DNA of 64,000 bases from Phormidesmis sp. (GTDB lineage: Bacteria > Cyanobacteriota > Cyanobacteriia > Leptolyngbyales > Leptolyngbyaceae), in the NCBI GenBank assembly GCA_965248535.1, contig CBDFJR010000002.1, positions 1,536,001 to 1,600,000 of the forward strand, written 5' to 3'. Both the position numbers and the translations under genes were made by a program. The stretch's first letter is position 1. Every line of letters starts with the position of its first letter. Positions 30,539 through 41,157 of the stretch are shown here, one piece after another. A model generated the notes under the pieces. It saw only the letters and a program-made list of their open reading frames with translations. It did not search any database and was not told the DNA's origin.

Positions 30539-31312
30539 TTATTTTTTGGCCTTGGGTCTGATCTGCACAAAGGCCGAGAGTTGAATCTGAGTCGGATCGA
30601 TCTGAAGCTTGAAAATTCGAGCGGTGATGCCAGACTTTTCGAGCCGTCGCAGATCGAGTTGACGGCTGACGGCTTGGGCGATCGCGTTGGTAATTTGAGC
30701 AGGCGCGGATTTGCCATTCACCAAAAGCGTTGGATTCACGAGTTTTAGGGTTCGCCCCAACTCAATGCTGGGTTCTGCCTCAGCCACGATCGCCAGTTTG
30801 TCAGGGTAGCCCTGCTCTTGAAGTTCGGCTTGCAAGCGGATTCGATGGCTGGGCAGGCATTCGAGCCGAAGATTCTGAAAGTCAAACCGTTCAAGCTGCT
30901 GAGAATCGCGACGCTGTAGAAACCGCAGTCCCAAGTTTCGGAGTCGAGTGGTGATCAGCGGCGATCGTAGCCCCTGATTCAGATCCTCTGGCTTGAGAAC
31001 GAGTCTCAGCCCGGCTTGCAGGGGTTGCGCCAGTTTGGGCCTTAGACCTTGCAGCACGATCGGGTCAGTTTCTAGCTCAAGCGCCTCAATGCGAACATCT
31101 TTGATCGGCGACAAGCCGCGCCCAGCCAGCCGAAGCCGATCGATCCGACCTTTGACGATTTGATGGACGGGAGCGTTGTCAATGCGAACTTTGAGCGATT
31201 CAATTGAGACAAACCGCGATCGGATCGTGTTTTCAGCCACACGATCGAGCACCAATCCCGATGGCGAAATCAGACCGATGAGCGTGGATAGCAAAATAGT
31301 GAGCGGTTCCAT
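30539..31312 (-). CDS. DUF2993 (LmeA-like) protein
   Basis: LKVRIDNAP…KGRIDRLRLAGRGL…LELETDPI pattern. Confidence 0.75.
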   Translation of the reverse strand: MEPLTILLSTLIGLISPSGLVLDRVAENTIRSRFVSIESLKVRIDNAPVHQIVKGRIDRLRLAGRGLSPIKDVRIEALELETDPIVLQGLRPKLAQPLQAGLRLVLKPEDLNQGLRSPLITTRLRNLGLRFLQRRDSQQLERFDFQNLRLECLPSHRIRLQAELQEQGYPDKLAIVAEAEPSIELGRTLKLVNPTLLVNGKSAPAQITNAIAQAVSRQLDLRRLEKSGITARIFKLQIDPTQIQLSAFVQIRPKAKK

Positions 31313-31361
31313 TATCTAAAGCTTAAACGCTGAGTTTTTATCGCTCCTATCGCGATCGAGG

Positions 31362-33167
31362 TCATCCCAACGCCTCAGCAATCCATTGTTTGAGCGTCGG
31401 AATCACATCGGCGATCGCCATTTCTTGCACTGCTTTTGTAGCTCGTTGCACCACTTCAACCTTGCCGTCTTTAAGCGATTTTCCGGTGACAATTCGATAG
31501 GGAATGCCAATTAAATCAGCATCTTTAAATTTCACTCCTGCCCGATCGTTGCGATCGTCCAACAGCGTCTCAATGCCTGCTTGATTCAACTCACCATAGA
31601 GTTTTTCAGCCGCCGCCACTTGATCGGCATCGCCGATGTTGGGAATGATCACGATCGCTTGATAGGGAGCGATCGCAACGGGAAAAATAATCCCGTCTTT
31701 GTCATAAGATTGCTCCACCGCCGATTGTGCCAGTCGAGACACGCCCACGCCATAGCAGCCCATCACCAGCGGCACTTCTTCGCCCTGCTCATTGGTGTAA
31801 GTGGCACCCAGAATTTTTGAATATTTGGTGCCCAGTTGAAAAATATGCCCGATTTCGATGCCGCGGGTTGTTTGCAGGAGTTGGGCAGCGTCGTGGATTG
31901 CCCGATCGCCCGCTTTCGCCTTCCTCAAATCGACAATGTGCGATGACTGCTGAAACTGTGCGCCCCAGTTGGCTCCGACGACGTGATAGCCTGCCTCATC
32001 AGAGCCAGTGACGAAGTTTTGCAAATCCGTCACGGTGTGATCCACGAGTCGCACAAATTTAGGCGCAACGTCTTTTTTAGATTGAATGTAATCATCACTC
32101 ATGCCCGGAGACATATAGCCCAAAGGCAACGGTTTTGCTGCCCATTTTTGTTGAGCTTCAGCATCAGGAACCGTCAACGATATAACGGTTTTAGCACTGT
32201 ATTGATCAGCTAATTTGACCAATTCGTTTTGCAGTTTCACGTCGTTGATTTCTTGATCACCTCGAATATTGATCAACACTAAAACGGTGATGCCGCTATC
32301 ATAAACAGCCTGATATAAAACATTTTTAACCAGTTGAGTCGGAGAGCATTTTAAGAACGTGCAAAGCTTCTCGATCGTCTCCGTTCCCGGCGTTTCTCGC
32401 TTTTCGTAAGTTGTGAAAGGTGACGGCTCAGCATCGGGCGGCAGAGAGACGGCTTTTTCGACGTTGGCGGCATAATTTCCATCATCGGTATAGAGAACTT
32501 CGTCTTCACCCGCGTCTGCCAGCACCATAAACTCTTGCGAACCCGATCCCCCGATCGCGCCCGAATCGGCATCGACTGCCCGAAACTTTAGCCCACATCG
32601 TCTGAGAATATTGTGATAAGCCTGACTCATTTTCTCGTAAGACACCTTCATTCCCGCTTCATCAGCGTCAAAGGAATAAGCATCTTTCATGATGAATTCT
32701 CGACCGCGCATCAAGCCAAACCGAGGACGAATCTCATCGCGAAACTTGGTTTGAATTTGATAGAGATTTTGGGGCAACTGACGATAAGAGCGAATCATGT
32801 CACGAGCGATCGCCGTAATCACTTCTTCGTGAGTCGGGCCTAACCCCACTTCGCGCTGTTGGCGATCGACCAACGCAAACATAATCCCTTCGGCTTTGGT
32901 GTAGGTGTCCCAGCGTCCCGATTCACGCCAGAGTTCGGCGGGCTGAAGCTGGGGCAGCAGACATTCTTGTGCGCCCGCCGCATTCATTTCTTCGCGGACG
33001 ATCTGGGAGACTTTTTGCAACACGCGCCACATCAGAGGCAGATAAGCATAGATGCCACTGCCGACTCGACGAATATAGCCAGCCCTCAGCAACAGCTTGT
33101 GACTGGGAATTTCTGCCTCCGCAGGATCTTCCCGCAGAGTGACAAATAGCATCTGAGATAGCCGCAT
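31362..33167 (-). CDS. proS: proline--tRNA ligase
   Basis: MRLSQ…[59 protein letters not shown]. Confidence 0.98.
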   Translation of the reverse strand: MRLSQMLFVTLREDPAEAEIPSHKLLLRAGYIRRVGSGIYAYLPLMWRVLQKVSQIVREEMNAAGAQECLLPQLQPAELWRESGRWDTYTKAEGIMFALVDRQQREVGLGPTHEEVITAIARDMIRSYRQLPQNLYQIQTKFRDEIRPRFGLMRGREFIMKDAYSFDADEAGMKVSYEKMSQAYHNILRRCGLKFRAVDADSGAIGGSGSQEFMVLADAGEDEVLYTDDGNYAANVEKAVSLPPDAEPSPFTTYEKRETPGTETIEKLCTFLKCSPTQLVKNVLYQAVYDSGITVLVLINIRGDQEINDVKLQNELVKLADQYSAKTVISLTVPDAEAQQKWAAKPLPLGYMSPGMSDDYIQSKKDVAPKFVRLVDHTVTDLQNFVTGSDEAGYHVVGANWGAQFQQSSHIVDLRKAKAGDRAIHDAAQLLQTTRGIEIGHIFQLGTKYSKILGATYTNEQGEEVPLVMGCYGVGVSRLAQSAVEQSYDKDGIIFPVAIAPYQAIVIIPNIGDADQVAAAEKLYGELNQAGIETLLDDRNDRAGVKFKDADLIGIPYRIVTGKSLKDGKVEVVQRATKAVQEMAIADVIPTLKQWIAEALG

Positions 33168-33571
33168 CGTCTCTTCCTTTCGCGAATTCACACTTCAGTC
33201 TACGGCATCTGCCAGAGCTTAGGGTGCCTGCTGTTAGAAATTAGAAAATCTCTATCGAAGTTGTCCCGATCTAACCTATCTCATTTTATTTACAGGAGCC
33301 AAGCATTTACATTGCATAAATGTTGGGTCTGAGACGTGACAAATGTAACGCGGAAAGCATGACCTTTATGCGAGGTCGCGCATCATCCCTTTGAATTAAA
33401 TTGAACTCATCAAACGAAACGAGAAATCAAATTGATTATCGTCAAATACCCATCGGACTTTCTATCAAAAGCCGTCGAAATAGAAGGTTAATCTTTGCAT
33501 AATTCACCTAGATGAGACGTGAAAGCAAACAAGTCCGCTTCACAACGTTGAACTATCCAACAAATTCCACA

Positions 33572-33730
33572 ATGAACACTTTAACGATCGTCCACACCGT
33601 ACTAAAGACCCAACAATCAGACTCTGCAACTCACTCTTCTCAATCACGAGGGTTGGTTGCAAAATGGTTCACTATCGATGGCAAGTTAGTCTGCCAATGG
33701 TTTCCAGCTAAAAGCAAAGAGAACTTTTAA
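33572..33730 (+). CDS. small hypothetical protein (52 aa)
   Basis: ATG 33572 ORF containing LVAKWFTIDGKLVCQW, which resembles a beta-hairpin. Confidence 0.5.
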   Translation: MNTLTIVHTVLKTQQSDSATHSSQSRGLVAKWFTIDGKLVCQWFPAKSKENF

Positions 33731-34101
33731 CTGAACTGACTCACTAACCCAATCAATCATTCAGGCCCATTGCCTAAATTTCATCTCTTAAAACTAATTT
33801 CTTAATCGGGTGCATAAAGAGATGGAATTTCATCACGATCGTAACGCCAATTTACAGCAGTATGTCTACGATTAATCGAAATAGTGCTGCTATTGATGAT
33901 GACATTTAGGGTGTTTGAGATTGAGTGTTAGTCACGTTTCAAATCTACCGCTCTGACTAACACTGATCAGTTGGCTAAACTTTGTGGCTTGAGATTGTTC
34001 TTTATAAAAATAACGAATTGATCTCGTTTAGTCCATCTGATAGTTCTTAGCAAATTTACTATCTTTCGGATTGTTTATCAAAGGTTTCCTAAGGAGAACG
34101 T

Positions 34102-35322
34102 ATGTCGAAACTTGAACTTCAGGTATGGGTATCACGGACATTTCCAAAAAGTTGGACTCATGTGATTGCAGGGTCGTTTGCTGACCCACAGCGCGATAGC
34201 CAGGGGGCAACTGATCTGTTTTGCTACGATCGCAACGCTGGAATTGGAGCGTTTTTTGCCACCGTCAAAAATGGTCGATTAACCGATGGAACCCTCGTGC
34301 AAGATGGGCCCTATCAAGTCGGCGGAAATCACACATTTGACAGGCGATGGACTCACATCGTGAACGGTTCGTTTACGCCTCCTTATCCTGGGGGCGTGCA
34401 GTTTCTCTTTTATGATGCTGCCTCTGGTGTGGGCGAATTTTATGCCACAGATGGACGGGGTAATTTAACCCTCAAAAAACAGCACACGGGCTGGCGCACC
34501 TCGTGGACTCAAATCATTGCGGGGCGATTTGGCAAAGCCAACCTGCTTTTCTACGATGCGGCAGGCCACACGGGTGAGTTCTATTCTGTAGACGCTTCGG
34601 GAAACATCCATCTAGTCCGATCGGTCACGAATTGGCGCAACAGTTGGCACTCAATCACGGTGGGCAACTTCAGCAGCAGCCAATACGACGATTTGCTTTT
34701 CTACGATAAAGGGGCAGGGACTGGTGAGTTTTATAAGTTTGACGGTAATAGTGGAATGACGCTGTTTAGCGAACACGACAACTGGCGAAATACTTGGCAG
34801 CAGATTGTTCCTGGACAGTTTTCAATAGACAACGCAACCTATAGTGGGCTGCTGTTCTATGAAGAAGGGACTGGCTACACTGAGTTCTATTCAACCGATG
34901 GTCGAGGCAACGTCAGTCAGATTGATGTCAACCCTGGAGACTTGTGGAAGCTCCCGTGGCAAGCAATTGTTTCGGGGACTCTTACCCCAAACTTTGGGCT
35001 GGTCAGCACATCTAGCCTGTGTGGTTACGATGCGCGAGACGGTGCGATTCGCTACTTCTATTTTAACCCTGCGACGATCAAAACGGTGATCGATCTGAAT
35101 GGCAAATGGACAGATGGGAGCACTCGAAATGCAGTGATTTCAGCAGCGTTTACATCTCTCACGATCGATATGTCTGCTTATCATCGTCCTGCTGCCCACG
35201 GGTCTATTGTGGATGCCGCTACGATTACGGTAACGTTTCCAGACAATGCGACTTATACGGGGACACTTCAACCTCCCAACACCCTTCGATGGTCAAATGG
35301 TTCGGCTTGGACGAAGGTTTGA
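34102..35322 (+). CDS. repeat (beta-propeller-like) protein with a small C-terminal beta domain
   Basis: AAGGAG RBS; six repeats of W-x2-I-x2-G-x-F…LLFYD…G-x-GEFY…DG-x-GN. Confidence 0.8.
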   Translation: MSKLELQVWVSRTFPKSWTHVIAGSFADPQRDSQGATDLFCYDRNAGIGAFFATVKNGRLTDGTLVQDGPYQVGGNHTFDRRWTHIVNGSFTPPYPGGVQFLFYDAASGVGEFYATDGRGNLTLKKQHTGWRTSWTQIIAGRFGKANLLFYDAAGHTGEFYSVDASGNIHLVRSVTNWRNSWHSITVGNFSSSQYDDLLFYDKGAGTGEFYKFDGNSGMTLFSEHDNWRNTWQQIVPGQFSIDNATYSGLLFYEEGTGYTEFYSTDGRGNVSQIDVNPGDLWKLPWQAIVSGTLTPNFGLVSTSSLCGYDARDGAIRYFYFNPATIKTVIDLNGKWTDGSTRNAVISAAFTSLTIDMSAYHRPAAHGSIVDAATITVTFPDNATYTGTLQPPNTLRWSNGSAWTKV

Positions 35323-35467
35323 AATCCAGTTTTGAAAAAGACTGAGTGACTCTTAGCCCACATTCCTCGAAGAACAGTAGCGTGAATTTTGCGGCTCTAG
35401 CCATTCTGCAAAATTCACGCTTTGTTTTTGAGTTCACCTTGAGAAGTCAACCAAGGCACCCTCTCCG

Positions 35468-36985
35468 CTACGATCGTCGCGGTCGTCCTAATGTGGTGAT
35501 ATACAACACGGCCTCATCGGCGGGGATGCCCAACACCTCATTGACCTGATCATCAAAGAACCCAGCGATGCCGCTCACGCCCAAGCCGAGATGAATGGCG
35601 GCGAGGTTGAGGCGCTGACCCAAATGTCCGGCATCTAAATGGAGATAGCGATAAGCCCGATCGCCGTATCGCTCGATCGCTGCTTTCAGATCCGCCGTGT
35701 GAAACAAAACCGCGCCCGCATCGCGTCCCAAGTCTTGACCCAAGCAGAGATAGTGCAACTCTCGTCGAAAATTCTTAAAGCGAATTTGCCGCAACTCTTG
35801 CGCTTTTGGCGCGTAGTAATAGCAGCCTTCTTCAAGCCCGGTGACTGATGAAACGGCAATAAAAGTCTCGACTAGACTCAGATCAAAATAGTCGGGAGAG
35901 CCGTCTAAATCTTGCTCAACATAGTGCTGAGGTTGATAGGTAAAATCTAGCAGCGCCTTTAGCTCATCTAGAGTGAGCGCGTCACCGCTATAGGCGCGGG
36001 TCGATCGCCGCCGCAAAATTGTTTGCTCAAGATCTTCTGATTGATCGCCCCACCCGATCGCAGCCACAGCAGTGGGCATCTTGAGACAGAACGGGAAATT
36101 ATATTTGTCTTGCTCCTCTGGGAGGGACGGCTGCCAACTCACTTTGGCAGTAGAACTAGGCAAAATCTGGGTCATCTGATGAAAATAAGCCAGCAGCGAT
36201 CCGTCTTCAAGATCGGGGTAGTCACGCTGAGTGCCAGAAGGGAGGGCAGTTTGGGTGAGCGGTAGATTTTGACTGACTTCTCGAACATCGGCTAGGGGCA
36301 TCACGGCGATCGTGCCTTCTTGCTGAGAGTCTAAATAAAGCAGTTGATTCATCGCTTCATCAGCAAAGCCACCGATCAGGTGAGGCCGAAAATCATTGAG
36401 AGAACTGGCAAGCTCTAGGTTTCCGAGCAGATGCCCCGTGTCGAGAAAAATTCGGCGGTAGGCTCGATCTTCATAGCGCCAAAACGATCGATAAAAAACG
36501 GCTGAGATGACGATCGCCAACTGCGTCCCTTCTAAAACCGGGTTCCAAAAACACGCCGATTGCAGCGATGTCCAAACCTCGCTTTCCCAAAATTGCAGCA
36601 GCGAGTGAGTTTTCGCCTGGTAGTTATAAAGTCCGGCGGGCAAGAAGGGTGTGCCGCGAGAAATCAAGTAGATCTCAGCCGGATAAAGCCCCCCAGCCGA
36701 AGGCGCAGCCCTGACATAGTGAGGCTCACCATCAGTGGGAATCATGCCCGTCAGCCCATAGCTGCAAAACAGCAGTTTGGATAACCGTTGCCACCAGTCT
36801 TGGGTTAAATCTTGGGGCGAGTGGTTGAGATAGGGCTTGAGATCAAACGAGAGGCCAATTTTATAGTCTTTAAAGGGAACGGGCTGCTGACTCCAGTTGA
36901 GAGACTTGCTCTTGGCGTGAATCGTCTCTGGGTCGTATTTGGTGCGCTCGTGGTAGTGATGGGCGATCGACATCAGATCAGGCAT
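35468..36985 (-). CDS. SagB/ThcOx family dehydrogenase (two nitroreductase-like domains)
   Basis: HYHERTKY, RAAPSAGGLYPAE, WRYEDRAYR…LDTGH, RRRSTRAY, RYGDRAYRYLHLDAGH. Confidence 0.9.
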   Translation of the reverse strand: MPDLMSIAHHYHERTKYDPETIHAKSKSLNWSQQPVPFKDYKIGLSFDLKPYLNHSPQDLTQDWWQRLSKLLFCSYGLTGMIPTDGEPHYVRAAPSAGGLYPAEIYLISRGTPFLPAGLYNYQAKTHSLLQFWESEVWTSLQSACFWNPVLEGTQLAIVISAVFYRSFWRYEDRAYRRIFLDTGHLLGNLELASSLNDFRPHLIGGFADEAMNQLLYLDSQQEGTIAVMPLADVREVSQNLPLTQTALPSGTQRDYPDLEDGSLLAYFHQMTQILPSSTAKVSWQPSLPEEQDKYNFPFCLKMPTAVAAIGWGDQSEDLEQTILRRRSTRAYSGDALTLDELKALLDFTYQPQHYVEQDLDGSPDYFDLSLVETFIAVSSVTGLEEGCYYYAPKAQELRQIRFKNFRRELHYLCLGQDLGRDAGAVLFHTADLKAAIERYGDRAYRYLHLDAGHLGQRLNLAAIHLGLGVSGIAGFFDDQVNEVLGIPADEAVLYITTLGRPRRS

Positions 36986-37077
36986 AGGAGTCGAGTCAAG
37001 TAGGCTGTGCCTTTGATCTTGACATGGGTTTGAGCGAATTGAACGAGAACCTCGATCGCCCTGAAAGCATTCTGGAT

Positions 37078-37593
37078 TTAGTCCAGCGAGATGAAGGTTT
37101 GCAGAGTCCAGCGGCCGTTATTGGCGGCAAAAATGGCGCGATGGGGGGGAACTTGAGCGGACGTTTCGGCGGGTTGCTGAGGAAGGATCGCGCACCCAAA
37201 GACGACTCCTTTGGGCGAAATCTGCGACCCGACTGAATTTGCTGAATTGGGGCATTCTGACGCGATCGTGGTTTCTAGCTGCAACCAGAAGGGCGACTGA
37301 GGGTTATCGGGGTTGAGGTAATTAATCGATCGATGGTCGCCAAACCCAAAGTTAGTTTTAGCGGTGACGATCGTGCGAATAAATTTAGCATCTCGATCGT
37401 GCACCGCTTGCTGAACTTGTCGAAAAAATGGCCCAAACGCTAGAGCGTCTGTGGATTGACTCCTACGATCGGGGGGTGGTTGAGCAATGCTGTTTGATGG
37501 CACCACAGGCTCAGAGTGTGCGACTTCTGCCCGCACGAAACTTGCCGCCGTCATGATCACAGCCCCAGTCATCAGCAATACTCGATAATTCAT
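37078..37593 (-). CDS. hypothetical secreted protein
   Basis: Signal-peptide-like N-terminus (…SFVRA/EV); downstream of and co-oriented with Omp85. Confidence 0.65.
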   Translation of the reverse strand: MNYRVLLMTGAVIMTAASFVRAEVAHSEPVVPSNSIAQPPPDRRSQSTDALAFGPFFRQVQQAVHDRDAKFIRTIVTAKTNFGFGDHRSINYLNPDNPQSPFWLQLETTIASECPNSANSVGSQISPKGVVFGCAILPQQPAETSAQVPPHRAIFAANNGRWTLQTFISLD

Positions 37594-37678
37594 AATTTAT
37601 CTCTGCCCGCGCAACAGAAGAGCAGAGTCATCCTCATGAGTCCAAATTCACTCCCTGAGATCAGCATTCCGGATCGGT

Positions 37679-39856
37679 CTAAAACTTCTGCCCAAAGCCA
37701 AACTGCACTCGGCTATCCCCCTGATCGTTTAACCCAAAATCAGCGCGAATAATTCCCAACGGTGATTTGAGGCGCACCCCTGCCCCGATGCCAAACCCCG
37801 ATCCGGGTCTACCGCGCTCAAGGCCGGGTTGCCCCAAGACCGATCGGCTTGACCCTAAATCAGAGGCAAAATCGGCAAACACCGCGCCCCCAATAATGCT
37901 GTAGATCGGAAAGCGATATTCTGCCGATGCCAAAACATAGCTGCGAGCAATGCCGACATCGCCCGCATCATAGCCCCTGACTGAGTTTGGCCCGCCGAGC
38001 GAATAGGCATTATAGGGCGGCAGATCGCCGATCGTGGTGCCACCCTGAATATTCAACGCCACCGTTTCTGGCTGATTTTTAGTTTGCAGCGTGTGGAGAA
38101 TATTGACGGGCACATACTGCGTATAGGTTGCCTGAAGGCGGTTAGCGAGAATGCTGCCGCTGCCGATCGGCAAAAACTGCTCGGTGCTCAAACTCAACAG
38201 AGAGCCATTGGTCGGATCGATCGGGTTATCGCGCTGGTCACGCACGGCATTAAAATTCAACGACACCAGATCATCAATGCCCGTGCCGCTAAACGAAAGC
38301 GGATTGCCGTTACGATCGCGCCGAGTCACATTTCCACTCGCATCTCGCAGGCTGACGCGGTTATAGTTCAAACCCAGTGACCCATCCCAGTTTTGATCAA
38401 TCGGACGGTTGACCGCAACGCCGCCCCCAAATCGACCTTCTCGTACACGATCGCCGTTGGTCAATTTAACATTGTCATCAAAGACGCGAGACAGCCCTCT
38501 GCGACGGAAAGCGTTGACGCTATAGCCGAGCTTGTCGGGTTCGCTGGGGCGATAGGGGTTGACAAACCGCCCGTCAAACTGCACGTCTTTGGTGCCGACT
38601 AAAACATTGGTGCTGAGTTGTTGCCCAATGCCTGCCACGTTGCGGTCTTGATAGTTGACTCCGCCATAGAGACCCAAATCGGTGTTGTAGCCGCCCGTTG
38701 CGTTGACAGCACGAGCGCGGGCTTCGGTGAGGTTATAGACGACGATCGTGCGTTTTGCGTCGCCTTCTAAACTGACACGAGCGTTGGTAAACAGCCCGGT
38801 TTGAATCAGTTTTTGCAAGTCTTGGCGAGCAAGATTTTCTTTAAAAACCTGTCCTGGTTTGAGTTGCACCTGCTGCCTGATATAGCTTTCTTGAGTGCGT
38901 CCGCGAATCGGTTCACCTTTTTCGTTAACGAGTTTGCCTTGTTCGTCAGTGAATCGAATCTGCACATCCCCGATCGCGCCTTCGGCCACTTCGATCGTCA
39001 AGATTCCGTCTCGACTTGGCTGCAAGGCGACGACTCGCGCCAAATTATAGTTATTTTGGGCATACCACTGGTTGATTTGCCGCACGCCTTGATTGAGCGC
39101 CGAAGGACGGGCGATCGTGCCAATTTGGGAGCGAAAAATCTCATTGGCAACGGTGGGCGTGAGGGCTTGAGCATTGACCAATTGCACCGATCGCACGACG
39201 ATCGGCTGGACTTGAAACGTGACACTCAGCCCGTTGGCATTTTCGCGACTGTTGACGCTAGCCGTGCTGAACAATCCGGTTTCTAAAATGGCGGCGACAT
39301 CGGCTTGAAGCTGGCTGCGGCTGGTGCCACCACCGGGTCGAGTGCTGATGCTGCCGCGAACAATCTGCTGTAGCTCGGTGTCTGCCCCGACAACTTGCAC
39401 GTCGGTTGCCGTCACGACTAAATCAGAGGGCAGCGATCGGGGTGGATTGGCGATCGGAGTCGAAGTCGGCGGGCTGACGGTCGGAGTCAAATTTTGAGGA
39501 ATGATCCAGGTTGGCTGATTGATCGAGGTGGGTGGCGTGGGCTTGACTGAAGCTGTGGGCGTGGCGATCGCTGGAGCCGCTGATTCTAGACTTGATTGAT
39601 AGTCTTGATAATATTGAGCGTTTGCTTGGGCCACCCGAACGGATGCTTTTAAAGGCTTTGAAAATGCTCGGAACCCGATCGCTTCAGGAGGAGCCACTTT
39701 AACAGGGGGCGCAGGCACGATCGCCTCAGCCGAAACCACAACATTGGCGGGGTTCTCGATCGCATGCGTGTTGAGAGCAACCGCTTTTGCGTTTTGGCAG
39801 ACATCCCACGCTGAGAGTGCCGCGAGGGTGCAGATTGTGACGGTCGAGAGGCGCAT
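37679..39856 (-). CDS. Omp85/BamA-TamA family outer membrane protein
   Basis: Pro-rich N-terminus, POTRA-like region, LGGPNSVRGYD motif, SPLGIIRADFG, C-terminal FGFGQKF. Confidence 0.93.
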   Translation of the reverse strand: MRLSTVTICTLAALSAWDVCQNAKAVALNTHAIENPANVVVSAEAIVPAPPVKVAPPEAIGFRAFSKPLKASVRVAQANAQYYQDYQSSLESAAPAIATPTASVKPTPPTSINQPTWIIPQNLTPTVSPPTSTPIANPPRSLPSDLVVTATDVQVVGADTELQQIVRGSISTRPGGGTSRSQLQADVAAILETGLFSTASVNSRENANGLSVTFQVQPIVVRSVQLVNAQALTPTVANEIFRSQIGTIARPSALNQGVRQINQWYAQNNYNLARVVALQPSRDGILTIEVAEGAIGDVQIRFTDEQGKLVNEKGEPIRGRTQESYIRQQVQLKPGQVFKENLARQDLQKLIQTGLFTNARVSLEGDAKRTIVVYNLTEARARAVNATGGYNTDLGLYGGVNYQDRNVAGIGQQLSTNVLVGTKDVQFDGRFVNPYRPSEPDKLGYSVNAFRRRGLSRVFDDNVKLTNGDRVREGRFGGGVAVNRPIDQNWDGSLGLNYNRVSLRDASGNVTRRDRNGNPLSFSGTGIDDLVSLNFNAVRDQRDNPIDPTNGSLLSLSTEQFLPIGSGSILANRLQATYTQYVPVNILHTLQTKNQPETVALNIQGGTTIGDLPPYNAYSLGGPNSVRGYDAGDVGIARSYVLASAEYRFPIYSIIGGAVFADFASDLGSSRSVLGQPGLERGRPGSGFGIGAGVRLKSPLGIIRADFGLNDQGDSRVQFGFGQKF

Positions 39857-39938
39857 AAGGCGAGATCAGGGAGGGTGAGATATTTATAGTCTGAAACGAG
39901 AGATTTGGCTGGTTTAGTTTGATGAGTTGACCCCTCCC

Positions 39939-40114
39939 AAAAACTCGGAGGTTTAGCCACTTCTCAAGTCTGTTAAAAACTCGGAAGCCACTTCTGTTTA
40001 AAAACTCGGAGGTTTAGCCACTTCTATAAGTTGATGCCGAATTCCTGCTTAAACCTCCGAGTTTTGCGTAAGGTTTGATGCCGAATTCTTGCTTAAACCT
40101 CCGAGTTTTGCGTA
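39939..40114. repeat. composite repeat: three direct copies of AAAACTCGGAGGTTTA (one with an internal deletion) facing two inverted copies
   Basis: Direct units at 39939, 39975 and 40000; 40-bp inverted units TTGATGCCGAATTC(C/T)TGCTTAAACCTCCGAGTTTTGCGTA at 40031 and 40075. Confidence 0.9.
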
Positions 40115-40195
40115 GTGTAAACAATGAAGAGTGATCCGCTTTTAGAGTTCCCTTAAAAGTGGCTCGTGTTGTTGAATTCTTTCTTAATCGCCCCT

Positions 40196-40969
40196 ATGAA
40201 TGTCTCTCTCAAATCGTTAGGTGTTGCCCCCAATGCCTGGGCTGTGGATGCAGACACCGCCGATATTTGTCGATCGCCCCTAGCGCCCAACCCGATCACG
40301 ATCGCGACAGACACTAAGACACTGCACCTAGATTTAGCTAAAGCTGCAATCTTAGTCATCGATATGCAAAACGATTTTTGTCATGCTGATGGCTGGCTGG
40401 CGCATATTGGAGTCGATGTCAGTCCTGCGAGAAGCCCGATCGGTCCTCTGCAAAGATTGTTGCCGGGGCTGCGAGGTCAGCAGGTGCCTGTGATTTGGGT
40501 CAACTGGGGCAATCGTCCTGATTTGCTCAACATTAGTGCAGCGACTCGCCATGTTTATAACCCAACAGGAGCGGGCATTGGCTTGGGCGACCCCTTGCCA
40601 CGCAATCAAGCGCCTGTGTTAATGGCAGGCAGTTGGGCGGCGGCGGTGGTGGATGAGCTAACCCAAGCCCCCGAAGATGTCTGCGTTGATAAATATCGAA
40701 TGAGTGGCTTTTGGGACACGCCACTGGATAGCATTTTGCGTAATTTGGGCAAGACAACGCTGTTTTTTGCAGGCGTGAATGCCGATCAGTGCGTTATGGC
40801 AACCCTCCAAGATGCGAACTTTTTAGGCTATGACTGCTGTTTGATTAAAGACTGCACGGCTACGACTTCTCCTGATTTTTGTTGGCAAGCGACGCTCTAT
40901 AACGTGAATCAATGCTTTGGGTTTGTGACGGAATCTGAGCAACTTTTAACGGCGATCGCAAAGCGTTAA
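40196..40969 (+). CDS. isochorismatase-family cysteine hydrolase (RutB-like amidohydrolase)
   Basis: D-K-C triad in VIDMQNDF, DKYRMSGF and GVNADQCV. Confidence 0.9.
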   Translation: MNVSLKSLGVAPNAWAVDADTADICRSPLAPNPITIATDTKTLHLDLAKAAILVIDMQNDFCHADGWLAHIGVDVSPARSPIGPLQRLLPGLRGQQVPVIWVNWGNRPDLLNISAATRHVYNPTGAGIGLGDPLPRNQAPVLMAGSWAAAVVDELTQAPEDVCVDKYRMSGFWDTPLDSILRNLGKTTLFFAGVNADQCVMATLQDANFLGYDCCLIKDCTATTSPDFCWQATLYNVNQCFGFVTESEQLLTAIAKR

Positions 40970-41157
40970 ATTCCTCTAGCATCTTGATCGATTCCTAAGC
41001 AACCGTCGGGGAAATCAGGGGAATATTTTTTGGCGATCGCGTCCTAAAATCAAGCGTTTAACGCTTCACAGTCGAGCCGTTTGTATCAGAACTAGCAAAT
41101 CAGTTAGACATAAAAGGCTGAAATCGGACTATTCACTGCACTGATGAGGACACGCTC

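Noticed and set aside
35468..36985. RiPP (azole/cyanobactin) biosynthetic cluster
   Set aside because: No YcaO cyclodehydratase, protease or Cys/Ser/Thr-rich precursor nearby; the gene looks like a stand-alone SagB-type oxidoreductase
39939..40114. CRISPR array
   Set aside because: Repeats switch orientation, spacing is irregular, and the gaps are too short to be spacers
40196..40969. Biuret or triuret hydrolase (biuH/trtA)
   Set aside because: Lacks the HTREGH/HTREAH, KPGKG and GxTT(D/E)VCV motifs I recall for those enzymes; left as an unassigned family member
41083..41096. NtcA site upstream of the cupin gene
   Set aside because: GTA-N8-AGC does not match GTA-N8-TAC
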